Shown one piece after another: positions 1-12,500 of a stretch of 64,000 nucleotides of DNA; positions within the stretch are counted from its first letter, which is position 1, and every line of letters begins with the position of its first letter. This DNA is from Owenia fusiformis. Lineage: Eukaryota. The translations under genes were made by a program, and so were the position numbers. The notes below the pieces were generated by a model that was not told where the DNA came from, did no database searches, and saw only the letters and a list, made by a program, of their open reading frames with translations. The stretch is from positions 39,432,001-39,496,000 of the forward strand of contig CAIIXF020000001.1 in the NCBI GenBank assembly GCA_903813345.2. Direction: 5' to 3'.

Positions 1-459
1 TGTAGGAATCTTCATTTCTAACCTTTTTTAGTTCTAAACTATTTCAGATTTACATTTGTTTAGAAGACAAATCATTTATTTATGATATAAGATTATTAAG
101 TTGTACAGCTGTAGCAATCTCATAGATTTTTATGTTGACTGTAAGAACTTTTGTTTTTACTTTTTTATTTGGCTAATCTGTACTATTAGCTTTGGTGATG
201 GGCATTTTGACCACCTCCCAGGTTTTGTCATTAGTCTCATATTCCTAGAATGTCGAATAATACATGGTATATTATTATGAGAAACAAGCTTTCACAAACA
301 ACATGTAGCTCATTGCAACCTAGTGATTTATGTTTTGTTACCATTGACATCTGCATATATCAAATAAATACATCTGAATGAAATATATGAATTGAAAATT
401 ATGTTATTTTATCTGGATTCTAAGTATAATTAATGAAGATGTTCAAAGTACAAAGTAAA

Positions 460-1030
460 GGGACCAAGTAAATGGGGCCCTGACCCCTCCCCCTTAGTGG
501 GCCCAGAAATCTTTTATAGTTTTTAGGCACCAACATTTTGTAGTGCCTCTAAAAATGGGCGTTTTTGGGCACAATTTGGCCTTTTTAAGCCTTTTTTGGG
601 CCAATTTATCAAACATAGACTCAAAATTTGTGCCCCCTCCTTGTTAATTTCTGGATCCGCCACTGCCCATAATTGTCTTTTAAAAATGTATGGTTGATTT
701 GTGAAATCGACGCCACAACTACTGTATTTGCACTTGTTTATTCATCTTTATTACACAACCACTGGCGGATATGGGGGGGGGGGCCCAGGGGCCCGGGCCC
801 CCCCCCCCTTGGGTGGGCCCAGAAAAAAAAATGTGTGCCCAAAAAAAATTTTGAGCCTCTTATTTGTTAATATTAGGCCAAATTTTTAAGAAAATGGGCC
901 TCAAAATTTCAAAATTTGGGCCCACTTTTGGGTTTTTGGGGCCCAAAATTTTTTCCCGCGCAAGCGCGGAAATTTTTTTATCAGACCACAAGTTTGGGCC
1001 CCCCCCCCTTGTTTAGTATGTATCCAACAG
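460..1030. repeat. Fragments of a GC-rich non-autonomous DNA-transposon family (GGCGGATCC / GGATCCGCCACTG-type ends)
   Basis: CTGGATCCGCCACTG at 651-665 and CACTGGCGGATATGGGGG at ~760, with repeated GGGCCC/TTTTGGGC motifs. Similar ends occur at ~1390 and ~44631. Boundaries and TSD not resolved. Confidence 0.45.
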
Positions 1031-1843
1031 ACTGACTGAGAAGTCAGTCTGTTATGATGTACTACTTTCCTGTGGAAATTGCAGTGAAATTTTTTGCACA
1101 AAATTATCAATTAGAGGAAACATTTCTTCAATAAAATAAACATTACAAAATTTCAATTAAATAGTAAGGTACAATTAAATGCAATAAAAAGTATCACAGC
1201 ATATTGTCAAGTGGAAATAAAGCTAGTTGAAGTAACAAATGTGCAAATTAATTTTACCCAATCGGCCATTTTGAATAGCACTTCCTATGTGAACAAATAT
1301 TTATAATTACCAAACTTTAACATAGGTGCCTTATAGTCTGAATATAATTCAGACTAAATAGGATATAGTCTACCCCCTTGTTGGTTCCCAGATCCGCCCC
1401 TGCACAACTATTGATAATTGACACCATCCTATGAAGCTAGACTTTTACTGCCTTTCATACATGTATGCTATACTTTACTGAACACAGCTGGCTCACGACT
1501 CAGCTCGATAGACGTAGAATAAGCTACTAAAGCTAGTATTCCCGTTTGCGGCGTTGTTTTTTTTTGTTATTGATGATCTGAATAATTGAATTGGTATCAA
1601 GTGCTGCCATCTTTGAAATGTATGAAACTTTAGTCATATATATTGGCATTTGAGAGTCATGCCATCTATTAATCCAATTTCTATGTGTATATTAAGTTTT
1701 TTCAGATAAATTAATAGTATTGAACAAATTGATTTGGTGTATTTAGTGATAAAATTGAAAAATTCAAACTTTTTTCGTTTTTATACAAGATTTTGACACA
1801 ATAACGTTTTAAATAAGCAAAAAGCCCTTAATCTCTCAGTTGT

Positions 1844-1915
1844 GGCTTGTTGGTCTAGGGGCATGATTCTCGCTTTGGGTGCGAGAGGTCCCGGGTTCGA
1901 ATCCCGGACAAGCCC
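1844..1915 (+). tRNA. tRNA-Pro (anticodon TGG)
   Basis: 72-nt cloverleaf: acceptor stem GGCTTGT/ACAAGCC, anticodon arm CTCGC-TT-TGG-GT-GCGAG, T-arm CCGGG-TTCGAAT-CCCGG, TTTT terminator at 1921. Confidence 0.95.
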
Positions 1916-1964
1916 GATTCTTTTGTTCCCGGGTTCGAATCCCGGACAAGCCCGATTCTTTTGT
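1889..1964 (+). repeat. 38-bp tandem duplication of the tRNA 3' half and terminator
   Basis: TCCCGGGTTCGAATCCCGGACAAGCCCGATTCTTTTGT occurs at 1889-1926 and again at 1927-1964. Confidence 0.9.
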
Positions 1965-2248
1965 TTTATTTTGTCTTCAAGACAAGTGCTTTTGGTGACC
2001 ATTCCGGTGTAAAAGGGTAGGAGGTCCTATCAAGTTATGGTCCCACTCTCCATTGATTTATATGGTGACCTAAATACAACTCTCCCTCATTATCTTATAC
2101 GCAATAAGGGCCAGTGAGGGTCGTTAAGAAAGGGGACCATAATCCCTGGGGGACCATCATTTCTTTCACACCTGGCTTACTTCTCGATTCAATTACAGAA
2201 TAGAATTGATCATTTTAGGAAAAATGGTGACAGAAACGAAGATTAGGC

Positions 2249-2632
2249 TATGTTTCATTGCACGTTCGCAGGGCGATTATGACTGTATTCTGGGGAATTG
2301 ATTGTACTTTCAATACACACTTATGAGCAGACTGTTATGGGCCACTTATCTGTGGCTGGATAAACAGGAATGAAAAACCTCAGGGTCCCAATCTCCTTTG
2401 TTTGAATTCGCAAAAATAAAAAATGTAAAAAAAAAATGAAAAAAGTTGTTATGTTATGTTTCACTGCACGTTCGCAGGGCGATACTGTATTCTGGGGAAT
2501 TGATTGTACTTTCAATACACACTAATGGGCCACTTATCTGTGGCTGGATAAAGGAATGAAAAGCCTCAGGGTCCCAATCTCCTTACGGTTTGAATTCGCA
2601 AAAATAAAAAATGTAAAAAAATGAAAAAAGTT
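2249..2632. repeat. ~200-bp imperfect tandem duplication
   Basis: 2249-2448 and 2455-2632 share the same blocks (TGCACGTTCGCAGGGCGAT...GGGCCACTTATCTGTGGCTGGATAAA...GAATTCGCAAAAATAAAAAATG) with small indels. Confidence 0.85.
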
Positions 2633-3312
2633 CTTATAACTTTTTGAATAGACGCTGCACGCTGAACACCCACAGCTGGCAGTATTTTTTTAATAATATC
2701 CAATACAGAAAGTTTTTTTCTGCTTGGATATTAAATATAACAAATTCTGCCATCTGTGTGATCACCAACCGCCGAATGCCGTCAATATAATCATGCCACA
2801 GATCCGGAGCCAGATCCAGCCCCTTTGGTAGTAGGCTCAAAAGATATATTTATTGAGCCTAGACCCAGAGGAGGTAATCTGGCAGAGGTCCGTGTACATA
2901 TGCATCCTAAAATTTCAACCAAGTGCAACATCGCTATTTTTTAATTCAGTGATATTGATTCCCTCATCAGTTTCATAATTTTATAACAATGTAACATTTT
3001 CCAGAAATATTAAGTAAGTGTTTTGGTCAAAGTAGGTTGTGAAATCACTAAAGAAAAGTCATGAATTGAGTCATGTTTGCAATGTCTGTTTAATTCTGTC
3101 TTTACCATTCACCATCTTGGATATTTCTTCTGTGTTAGGGAGGGGATTTTTAATTATGTTGAGGATGAATTGCTTCATCCTCAACATAATTTTTTAGGCT
3201 GGAACTAGCTTAGGCAAACAATACTTATTTTATTCATTTTTTTGTAAGTGCACAATTGTTTCTCTACAAAACCTTGAAATAAAAAAAAAATTAGTAATAA
3301 CACAAAAGATTC

Positions 3313-3384
3313 GGGCTCGTCCGGGATTTGAACCCGGGACCTCTCGCACCCTAAGCGAGAATCATACCCCTAGACCAACGAGCC
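3313..3384 (-). tRNA. tRNA-Pro (anticodon AGG)
   Basis: Reverse complement is the canonical metazoan tRNA-Pro GGCTCGTTGGTCTAGGGGTATGATTCTCGCTTAGGGTGCGAGAGGTCCCGGGTTCAAATCCCGGACGAGCCC, followed by TTTT. Confidence 0.97.
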
Positions 3385-3453
3385 ATTGGTATAGATGGCT
3401 TGGCACTTTTATGCACTATAAATATTTTCACGTAAACTTGACACTCAAGTGAT

Positions 3454-3480
3454 GTCACTTCCGTAAACAAGTCACGTGAA
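3454..3480 (+). promoter_or_regulatory. Compact SLC35F6 promoter motif cluster (ETS, Forkhead, CLEAR/E-box)
   Basis: ACTTCCG (3457-3463), GTAAACA (3463-3469) and GTCACGTGA (3471-3479) lie ~80-100 bp upstream of the ATG. Motif match only; function is inferred. Confidence 0.5.
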
Positions 3481-3556
3481 ATTAAAAATTAAAATTTTAC
3501 TCAACCCTCTCATAGTTTCTCTATTCTAAACTATAAAAGAGCGCGCATAGATAAAG

Positions 3557-6500
3557 ATGGGATGGACAACAAAGCAACTTAGTCTGGCACTTATGATGGT
3601 CGTAACTGGATCTATAAATACACTCTCAACTAAGTATGAACTTTTTTTTTATTTCATGTCAGCTTCAATTCTGGAAACTTTGATAATTTGAAAGAAAAGG
3701 CCTTGCAATATAATATAGCATTGTCACGGTTATACCTAACCAAACCCGTCTGTCCCAGTAATCTACTCCCGATTCTGAATTGTCGTAGATCTACGATATC
3801 GAGAGTAGATAACTGGGCCAGACGGGTTTGGTTAGGTTATACCAGGCTTTCACGATAACACTACCATGGTCATGGCAGGATCCTTGTGAAACTGAAAAAC
3901 ACTTGGTAACATGGTGACAGTTGTGCCAGGCATGTCTTTGAACAGATAGGGTCTCCGTTTAGGGTCTTCGTTTAGGGGGGTCTCCTACTATTTTTTTCAT
4001 GGCCTGAGATCGTCGCTAACATGCTAAATATAAGAGTTAGCTGACGTTTGGGAGTCTGACTTACCTTCTAAAGGTTAGAACTCGAATCTTAATGAAACCA
4101 TATCACCTTTGTTCCGTCAACCATGGAGCATTTGCCACAACATCCAAGAGGTAAATCATTGACCGTGAAAATGAATGATTTCCTTGTAAGTTCCAAAAGT
4201 TTCAATACGAAAAATTGTCGAACATAGGTGAAAACAGAATATTTGTTCGTTGTTTTCACGATTTACAGGTTCGTTTGTTCTCCAATGTTCTGGTCAAAAT
4301 TATAAAGCATCACCAACAGGTCTTACTCTATTAATCGACTAATACAGCAGACGGCTTATATTTCTACGTAGCATTTCGTTCAGACCAATAGTGGGAGTGC
4401 AGATCACGCAGTTTCGTTCGTTGCGTACTTCACTTGAAATTGGTAATTTTAAATATTGGCTACTTCACTTAGCTTGGCGGATGTAGAACATTGCTTAATA
4501 TTCTTTTAATTTTCACACCAGACATGCTTGGTTGACACGTCAACAAAGTAAAGTTCAAGGGTCAATGCGTTATTTCGTGATAACTACAACGCCTTCCCGG
4601 AAGTCAACATTGATGAAAAATGAAAAAGGCGGAAAAGCATTTACACTAATTTCTATCAAATGCTGTGTTTATGCATCATCATCGACGCAACAAAGGTGAT
4701 ATGGTTTCATTAAGATTCGGGTTCTAACCTTTAGAAGGTAAGTCAGACTCCCAAACGTCAGCTAACTCTTATATTTAGCATGTTAGCGACGAACTCAGGA
4801 CATGAAAAAAATAGTAGTATGTATCCAACAGACCGAATATAATATATATGAATTTATTCAGACGAAGGATACAGTCTAGGGTCTCCCCCCAGGAAAATTT
4901 TGAAATTTGCTTGTACATGTATTTGCAGCAAATTTGCTACCATCTGGTACACCTGTGCATACACAGCGTACCGGGCGCTACATCTATCCTATCGACACTT
5001 ACTCAATACCATTAGGCCAGGGTGCATGTTCGGAATTTTTCTGCATTCCTAATTTTTGGCGCACACAGTGAGCCTATTGGATTGACTAGGCGTATGTCAG
5101 TCCGTTGGTCCGTTCATCAACATTGGCCGCACAAATTAAAACTGCTATTCGGATTGAGTCATATCCACATGCATTTTATGTATTTCCATAATGCCTATTT
5201 GATACCCTGCGTGCAGAGTCTAGTTAAACTACACTCTGCCTAGTAGAGACCATATTACAGTTTAGTAGCCCCGCCCCCACGACGGGTACCGGTGACAGTT
5301 TGGGTAATACTATAAATCACTTCTGACCTATGCGCTGACCTTTCTTCCACCATTCAGCGAGCCTGAACAAACATACGCCAAATGCGTTCTAATTAAATAT
5401 GCGCATATCATTGGTCAATTCCGGGCTCAACGATGACGTCAGAAGGAATGACCATATATAGAACCGTTAGAACGTCGGTCAAATTTGGCCGACGAACACT
5501 GATTGGCGCGGTGAGTTCGCAGGTTTATTTTAGTTTGAAAGAGTGAAGACGAAGCTCTCTTTTAAGAAGTGAAGTCAAACGAATGCAAAGGGTACCTATT
5601 TGACCTATCATCGACCATTTCCCAAGTTCGCCCAGTTTCCGAGAAATTGCTGATTTTGATGTCAAAAAGTCAAATTTTCTGTAAATATGGACACTTTGTT
5701 GAAGTAGAACTTTCAAATAATTTGTAATACTGTAAAACGAGTAAATTTGACACTGGGAAATTTTAGCGATTTTTCAATTTTAGGGGGTTTTAGTGCGGGA
5801 AACTTTAGCTAAATGAAGATTAATCTTTAAAAAATCAAATTAGCGAATAATGCATTAGAAATTTTATCATTTATGGCAGAAGAATGAAAAAACGGACATG
5901 ACAGAGGCATTATCAAAATGTAAGACTTCTAACGCACATGGTATTGGTCCAAAGTACTGTAATCTCATCTGACTAATCACAAAATCACGGTAGCATTTAT
6001 ATACATACGATTTAAAAATATTTACCTTTTTCAAGTTACAAACTGGAAGTTGAGCACTGAACGAAAAGCTCCTTAAATACTAGTATTCATGTAGTTTCCC
6101 GGGAATTTGCAAATTTTAGCGCCCGGTTTATTTTAACCCCGGTTTATTTTAGCGAATTGAATTTTTAGCGAAACTATAGTGATCGCTAACAATCGCTAAC
6201 AATTACCCCTCGCTACAATACCCGTTTTACAGTAGTTGCTGTAGATGCAACTTATGTTCTCTGAAGATTTCAAATCTCTCGAAATTAGAGTTTTTGGTGT
6301 TTACTCTACAAAATTTGACAAAAAGTTTGTCATTTTCAGGGAACTTTCTCATGTATAAAGTCAATCATCATTGGCTGCACAAAACACTGTGTGAGCACAG
6401 GACCGTGGATCCTTTTTTCAAACAGGAATCACTCCTTCAAGGCTTCCACACATTGTCTACATCTTCCAGTTTTGCACAAAGAGTGTGCTTATCATGTGCC

Positions 6501-9500
6501 TAGAAAAAACTGGTGAGAAAATTTGTTTTGAAAAATATGTAAAAAAGAGAAAATTCGGTAAAAAAAATTTCCGAAAATTTTCTAATTTTTTTCTCTGAAT
6601 TTTCTTGTTTTTTATACATTTTATCAAAACATTCTTCTTTACACTATTTTCGAGTTTAAAGCCCATGGTACATTAGTGCACTTGTTTTGCAAAAGTGAGA
6701 GATGTAGACATTGTGGGGAAGGAGTGATTCAAATTTGAAAAGTAACATGTGACCCTATTGAGGGTTGCAGCAAAATTCCGAACATGCACCCTGACCTTAA
6801 CTGTTACACAGAAACATTGTATCAACTGGTACATCTACATCAGCATGACTGACACCTGACAACTCAGGGCCATAGTCAGCTATTGCTAAAGGGGGAGTGA
6901 TCCACTTTTCAAAGAATTCCATTTCACTTGTATCTCATACCAAGACCATCTCCTCCTTCATACGAAAGCCCATACTGCATTTACAGAGAGATTTAAAGAT
7001 GTATTTAGTTGTCAAAGACATTGTGACGAGTAGGATAATTCTGATGATGTGGTCCAATTTTTTATATTCCAGATGGGCTGACAGAACATTATCAAAAGGT
7101 ATTGATGGTACAGTTCGACATTTCAACCATCCATTCTTGCAGGTAAAAAGTGTATAATCATTTTACACTTTAAATATTTTATACAATATTTCAATATATG
7201 AATCATCAACTTAGGAAAAGTATAAATAAAAATAGTATGTATGCTAGAGGTCTGCTAGAGAATTTCCAATGTGCAGGGTTCACTAAAATTAATTTCAAAA
7301 TAGACACCATTTTGAGTAAAAAAGAAATTATTAGCTTGTTAGTTGTTACATGTAGTCTTGTTGGTCATATTCATATATTAATGGCTATCATTTTCTAAAA
7401 TTCAGATGTATTTGTTTTATGCACCATTCAAAGCTTTCAGTAATAAGAAAGGTTGGGAATTTTGAAATATGAAATATAACCTAAAGTTAAAGTGCTGTTT
7501 TGTTACAAACATTTAAATTTGGTTTATTGATATTTACTATCAGGCTGTTGGCATGTTCTTGGGTGAAATGTCCTGCCTTGCTGTCTTCTACATCATATTT
7601 TTCTGGAAACGCCACAAAGGAGAGGAATTTGACGTTGGTCCCCAAACTTACAACCCCCTCATCTTCTTGCCAGCAGCTATATGTGACATGACAGGGACAT
7701 CCATAATGTATCTAGGACTCAATCTAACTTTTGCATCAAGCTTTCAAATGCTGAGAGGTACTTTTATAAGTTAACTAACTACCCTGTAATGTACTGTGTG
7801 CAAAATTTTAACACATTTCTCTTAGAATTTACAAAGAAATTAACACTGGGTGAAAACTTCTCATTACTATGAGTTAAACAAAGCTATTTTGCCAATCTCT
7901 GTTGACGTTTTAACACATTTTCCACAAATGACCAAAATTGTATGTTTTAATCAGTCAACCAATTATCTTTTCACAAAAATTCTAGGAGCTGTGATGATCT
8001 TCACTGCGCTGCTATCTGTGGCTTTCTTAGGACGTGTCATCAAACGTTTCATGTGGTTTGGCATGATGGTTGTCCTCGTTGGTCTTGTCCTCGTTGGACT
8101 CTCAGACACATTGTTTGGAGGAGAGAATAAGAATGACATCAATGGAATCATATCAGGTAATTAGAGAGAATTAAACTTGAGGTGCTTGGCATAAGATTGT
8201 TTCCCAGATGTATAATACATTTCCTCATTAACTTTGTAAACCAGGGAAGCATATATCTTACACATAATATCATGGGTCTTGATTTGTCATAAGATTTGGT
8301 CTCTCGTCATTGTTTTTCTCAAAGTAGAGAATGGTTATGAGGAATCGTTAGGTATGGTCCTCCCCAAAATGGACCCCTGTATATATGTGATAACAATACA
8401 TGTACATGTATTGTTCAGTTGACAGTTGTCAGGCTTCTCTACTACAACCTGGGCATGCCCCCGTTTACAAGCTTATTGTTGTACAAGCTATTTGTGTAAT
8501 ACATATGTACTATGTACAAGCTTATTGTGTTATTCACATCTACATGTTCAAACTTATTGTATAATACACATGATGTACATGTTCATGTACAAGCTGACTG
8601 AAATATATATGTACAATATGTATTGTTTGTAGGTGATCTTCTCATTGTGATGGCCCAGATAATTGCTGCTACACAGATGGTGTATGAAGAAAAGTTTATC
8701 AATAAGCACAATGTACCAGCCCTGCAGGCAGTTGGCTTTGAAGGTATAGGGGGTTTCTTGAGGGATTGGGTGTTGGCTTTGAAAATATCAGAGTTTCTTA
8801 AGGGATTGGGAGTTTGATTTGTAGGTATATTAGAGCAATAAAATACCACTTCTGTAAGGGACAAGCTTAAATATATTGTGGGAAATGATTGTCCCATTTT
8901 ACATGTTTTTTGAAGTTCTACGTGTACATTTCAAGAAATCAAAGCCTCCAAAATCTATCTAAGAATTCAATTTTCCTTTTAGGTTTATTTGGGTTCCTTG
9001 TGTTAGGCACATTGCTAGTTCCAATGTATTTCATCAGAGTGGGACATGGCAAGTTCTCTGGAGATCCGGAGGGAAGGCTGGAAAACTCACTGGATGCTTT
9101 TGTACAGTTATCTAATTCCTGGCAAATAGCTCTAGCTACATTTGGTAAGTACATGTATAGTAATTGGAACTTTTTTCAGTCATATTTGTCCCAATTTTTC
9201 ATTTTTTCAGAAAGCTGTCTACATATTCTGAAATTGATATTATTGAGTTCCATTCATGGATAAAAATGTCATCCCTAAAAATCATAGGATATAATTGAAT
9301 TGAGTAATATCATTGGAAAGCATGTTGAACTTTTTTTGATTGATTGTGTTCTTCATATCTGGTTATTTCAGGTAACATTGTCAGTATTGCATTCTTCAAC
9401 TTTGCTGGAATTAGTATCACCAAGGAGATAAGTGCCACAACAAGGATGGTATTAGATAGTTGTCGTACACTGGTTATATGGATGTTTGCCCTCGCTGTAG

Positions 9501-12500
9501 GATGGCAAGCCTTTATACCACTAGGTAAAGTAGACATACATGTACATGAATTAGTATTCAAATTAACATTTGAGCCAGATTTTTTTTGGAAGTGATTGCT
9601 GAGCATTCTTTTGTTAGATGGTCTTAATTCTTAAGGCAGTTTATTCATTACATTATTATCAGCATTCTAGACTTCTAAAGTCAGGTTAGGCCTGATTAAT
9701 TGTTGATTGTTGAATTGAACATTTTCAAGATGACAAATAGGTTGATTTTCAACTGGGATTTACTGATTGTGCATTTGTTGATTTCAGCTTTCGGCATCCA
9801 GGCCATAGGCTTTGTGTTCCTTATCATCGGCATGTGTATATACAACAATATCATCATTGTGCCACTCATCAACAAATGTAGGGGAATAACACCTGAAGAG
9901 AAGGAACCTCTGCTTAGTGGAGATGATACAGGTGAGCGTAGAATAATATGTCATAGCCGTAGCCAGCGGGGGTTCGGTGGGTTCGAACGAACCCCCGGTC
10001 AGGATTTCCCAAAATATCATTTTGCGGAAAATGCATATAACCAGAATCATTAAATTACTGTGCTATTTGAAAACTACATAATATGAGCAGTAAATGAATT
10101 GATATTTGTTATGGTGAACACGAGAGCATTATTTTCTTAAAAACATGTCATAGTGACACTTCCCTCAAAACGTTTGACATGCTTCATCTCGGACAAAATA
10201 ACCCATCTTGGGCAATGGCTAAATCAGTCCTTTGTAGGAATTTTGTTTTTAGCCAGTTCTGGTCCAATACGAAGTTATTGAAAGTTATTGAAAACAATGG
10301 AGACGTCCCATACTCCGAATGATTTTTACAACATTGGCGAATAAATATCTGGAATAGTCGTAACTTATTGATGAAACACATGTTCTTTCAAATGTGTACA
10401 TCTCTGTTTCTCTTGCCAGCCCTGGGGCTGGCAAGTCCCGAAACCAATTAATAATTAAAAACGTTGTGAAATGAATTATTTAAAAGCGTATATCATTTAT
10501 AAACACAAGCATTTGTTCAAATTCATTCATTCTTTCATTTGTTCAGTATTTATTTACCCATCACTTTCCAAAGAAAAATCAATCATTGCAAAAAATTATT
10601 TTATTTTTTTCAGATACACTCCACTCATCTAAGACATTGTATAGAATTCAAATTGTTATCGTTCCAGTTTACTTGCTCTCCATTTTCATGTTAATGTCAT
10701 GATATGTTTAGCGAATAAATAATATAATAAAAAAAACATTGAGAAATTATATGGTATTAATCTTCAAATTATGAAGGCCTAATTTGTTATCAAGCCGTCT
10801 GAACTTAAAAAAATAACAGGCGCTTGTATTTATATATAATTTTATCCACTAAAACGTTTTTATTATCAATTGCGGTTGATCTGCTCTGGGGAACTTACCA
10901 CTGAGCTCCGATGACGTCCAAAGAAATATTTTTAAACTTTTTAAAACAAAGCATAACCGACCCACTTATTTGAATAATAGATATTTTTATCAGTAATACG
11001 ACTATCCCGGATAGTTTATATAAGCCTTCGTGTAAACGTTTTTAAAAGTTATCATAGAAGAACGATCTTTCGGAGTATAGGGTGTTTGCGTCAATTTCAA
11101 TAACCTTGCATTTGATCCGAACTGGCTTCCAAAAATTTCCTGAAAAATAATGATAAGCCATTGCATGAGGTGATTTATTTTGTCCTAGATGAAGTAGCTT
11201 AAGTTAAAGAATAAATTGTGCGAAATAGTTGATATTCCTTGGAAACAAATCATGCTCCAGGGTCTTCCAGAAATCAGTCGAAATAATGGTGGATTCGGGG
11301 CAAATCAGATTTCAGGATATGTATTCAGTAAAAGATTCACCGAAGTATATTTTGATGCAGAAAATTAATTATAAGTTGTCTGACTTTTTTGCACGTTGCC
11401 TGTTTATTTTACTTTGTGAACATTAAAGTTGCAAAGCTACAAGGTCATTTTTGAAAATCATTTTTACGTCCAGACTTTTCTCATGTCATTCCTTGTCATG
11501 TCTATTTTCTAAAAATCACAACAGTGCATACTTTGTTCCAGGAAAACTAAAGATTTTTACAAAAATGTATTATTTTTCTATAAGAATGGTTACCATTCTT
11601 ATTATTTGGGAGAATTTAAACATTTTTCACTCATTTTTGCACTTTGAATCATTCATAACTTCACCAATTTATAACATGTTGTGAATCTTTTGGGAGATAT
11701 TGTATTTGATATTGTAAGGAATAGATTGGTAGGTCAATTATTCATGTTGCTTGTAATTGTATCACCCCGTATAGATCAGATTCTGCCTTTAATGAAGGTA
11801 TTGAAATGAATTATATTTCCCCTCCCAAAATAGTTTTTTTCTTTACAAATTATGCAAATAAGAAGATGCTTTAATACATAATCCAATGGGTTAGTTAGGA
11901 TTGCCAAACTTTTGGAGGGAGTGTAATTGTACAAATTGCATTATTTGAGAAACCCTAATGAAGGGGGGGGGGGATTTGTGAATAACATAAAAATAGAACC
12001 CCCGGTCACCAAATCCTGGCTACGCCACTGATATGTATAGGAAAACATGAATAGGAAGAGAAATCTCAAAATATCATCATTTGCCTGCATGCTTGCTAAA
12101 TGAATATTGTATTTTATTCTGCCATATATTCTGCTTTATATTCCATGTTGCATGCAGATGCATGGTTACATGATTTGAGCACTTATTGATTGTAAACCTC
12201 TTAACGACTGTTAACTAAAGCTTGACTACATTTGAAGTCACTCATGGATGGATATACATAGTGCATGTAACTATTTGAGAATATGAATAATTGGTTGTAG
12301 ATGATCTGAGAACACCTGATGGTAAGGACATACCACTGCTTTATGTATTTATATTGTGTGCATTTAGGGCTTTAGACCATCCAAAAGATCATAAATTAAC
12401 ACTCAAATGATATCTTGGAATATATGCATTTAACCAATTATCTTTGAAATATTAGCATGGCTTTAAAGACTTGATAACCAGCTGCAACTCATCTTATAAA

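Noticed and set aside
1781..2002. 73-aa minus-strand ORF
   Set aside because: It is the antisense reading of the tRNA-Pro gene and its duplicated 3' half.
10614..10700. Strong-looking acceptor (TTTTTTTCAG) as the last SLC35F6 exon
   Set aside because: It lies inside the 9952-12030 transposon. Exon 13155-13210 gives a cleaner phase-compatible terminus.
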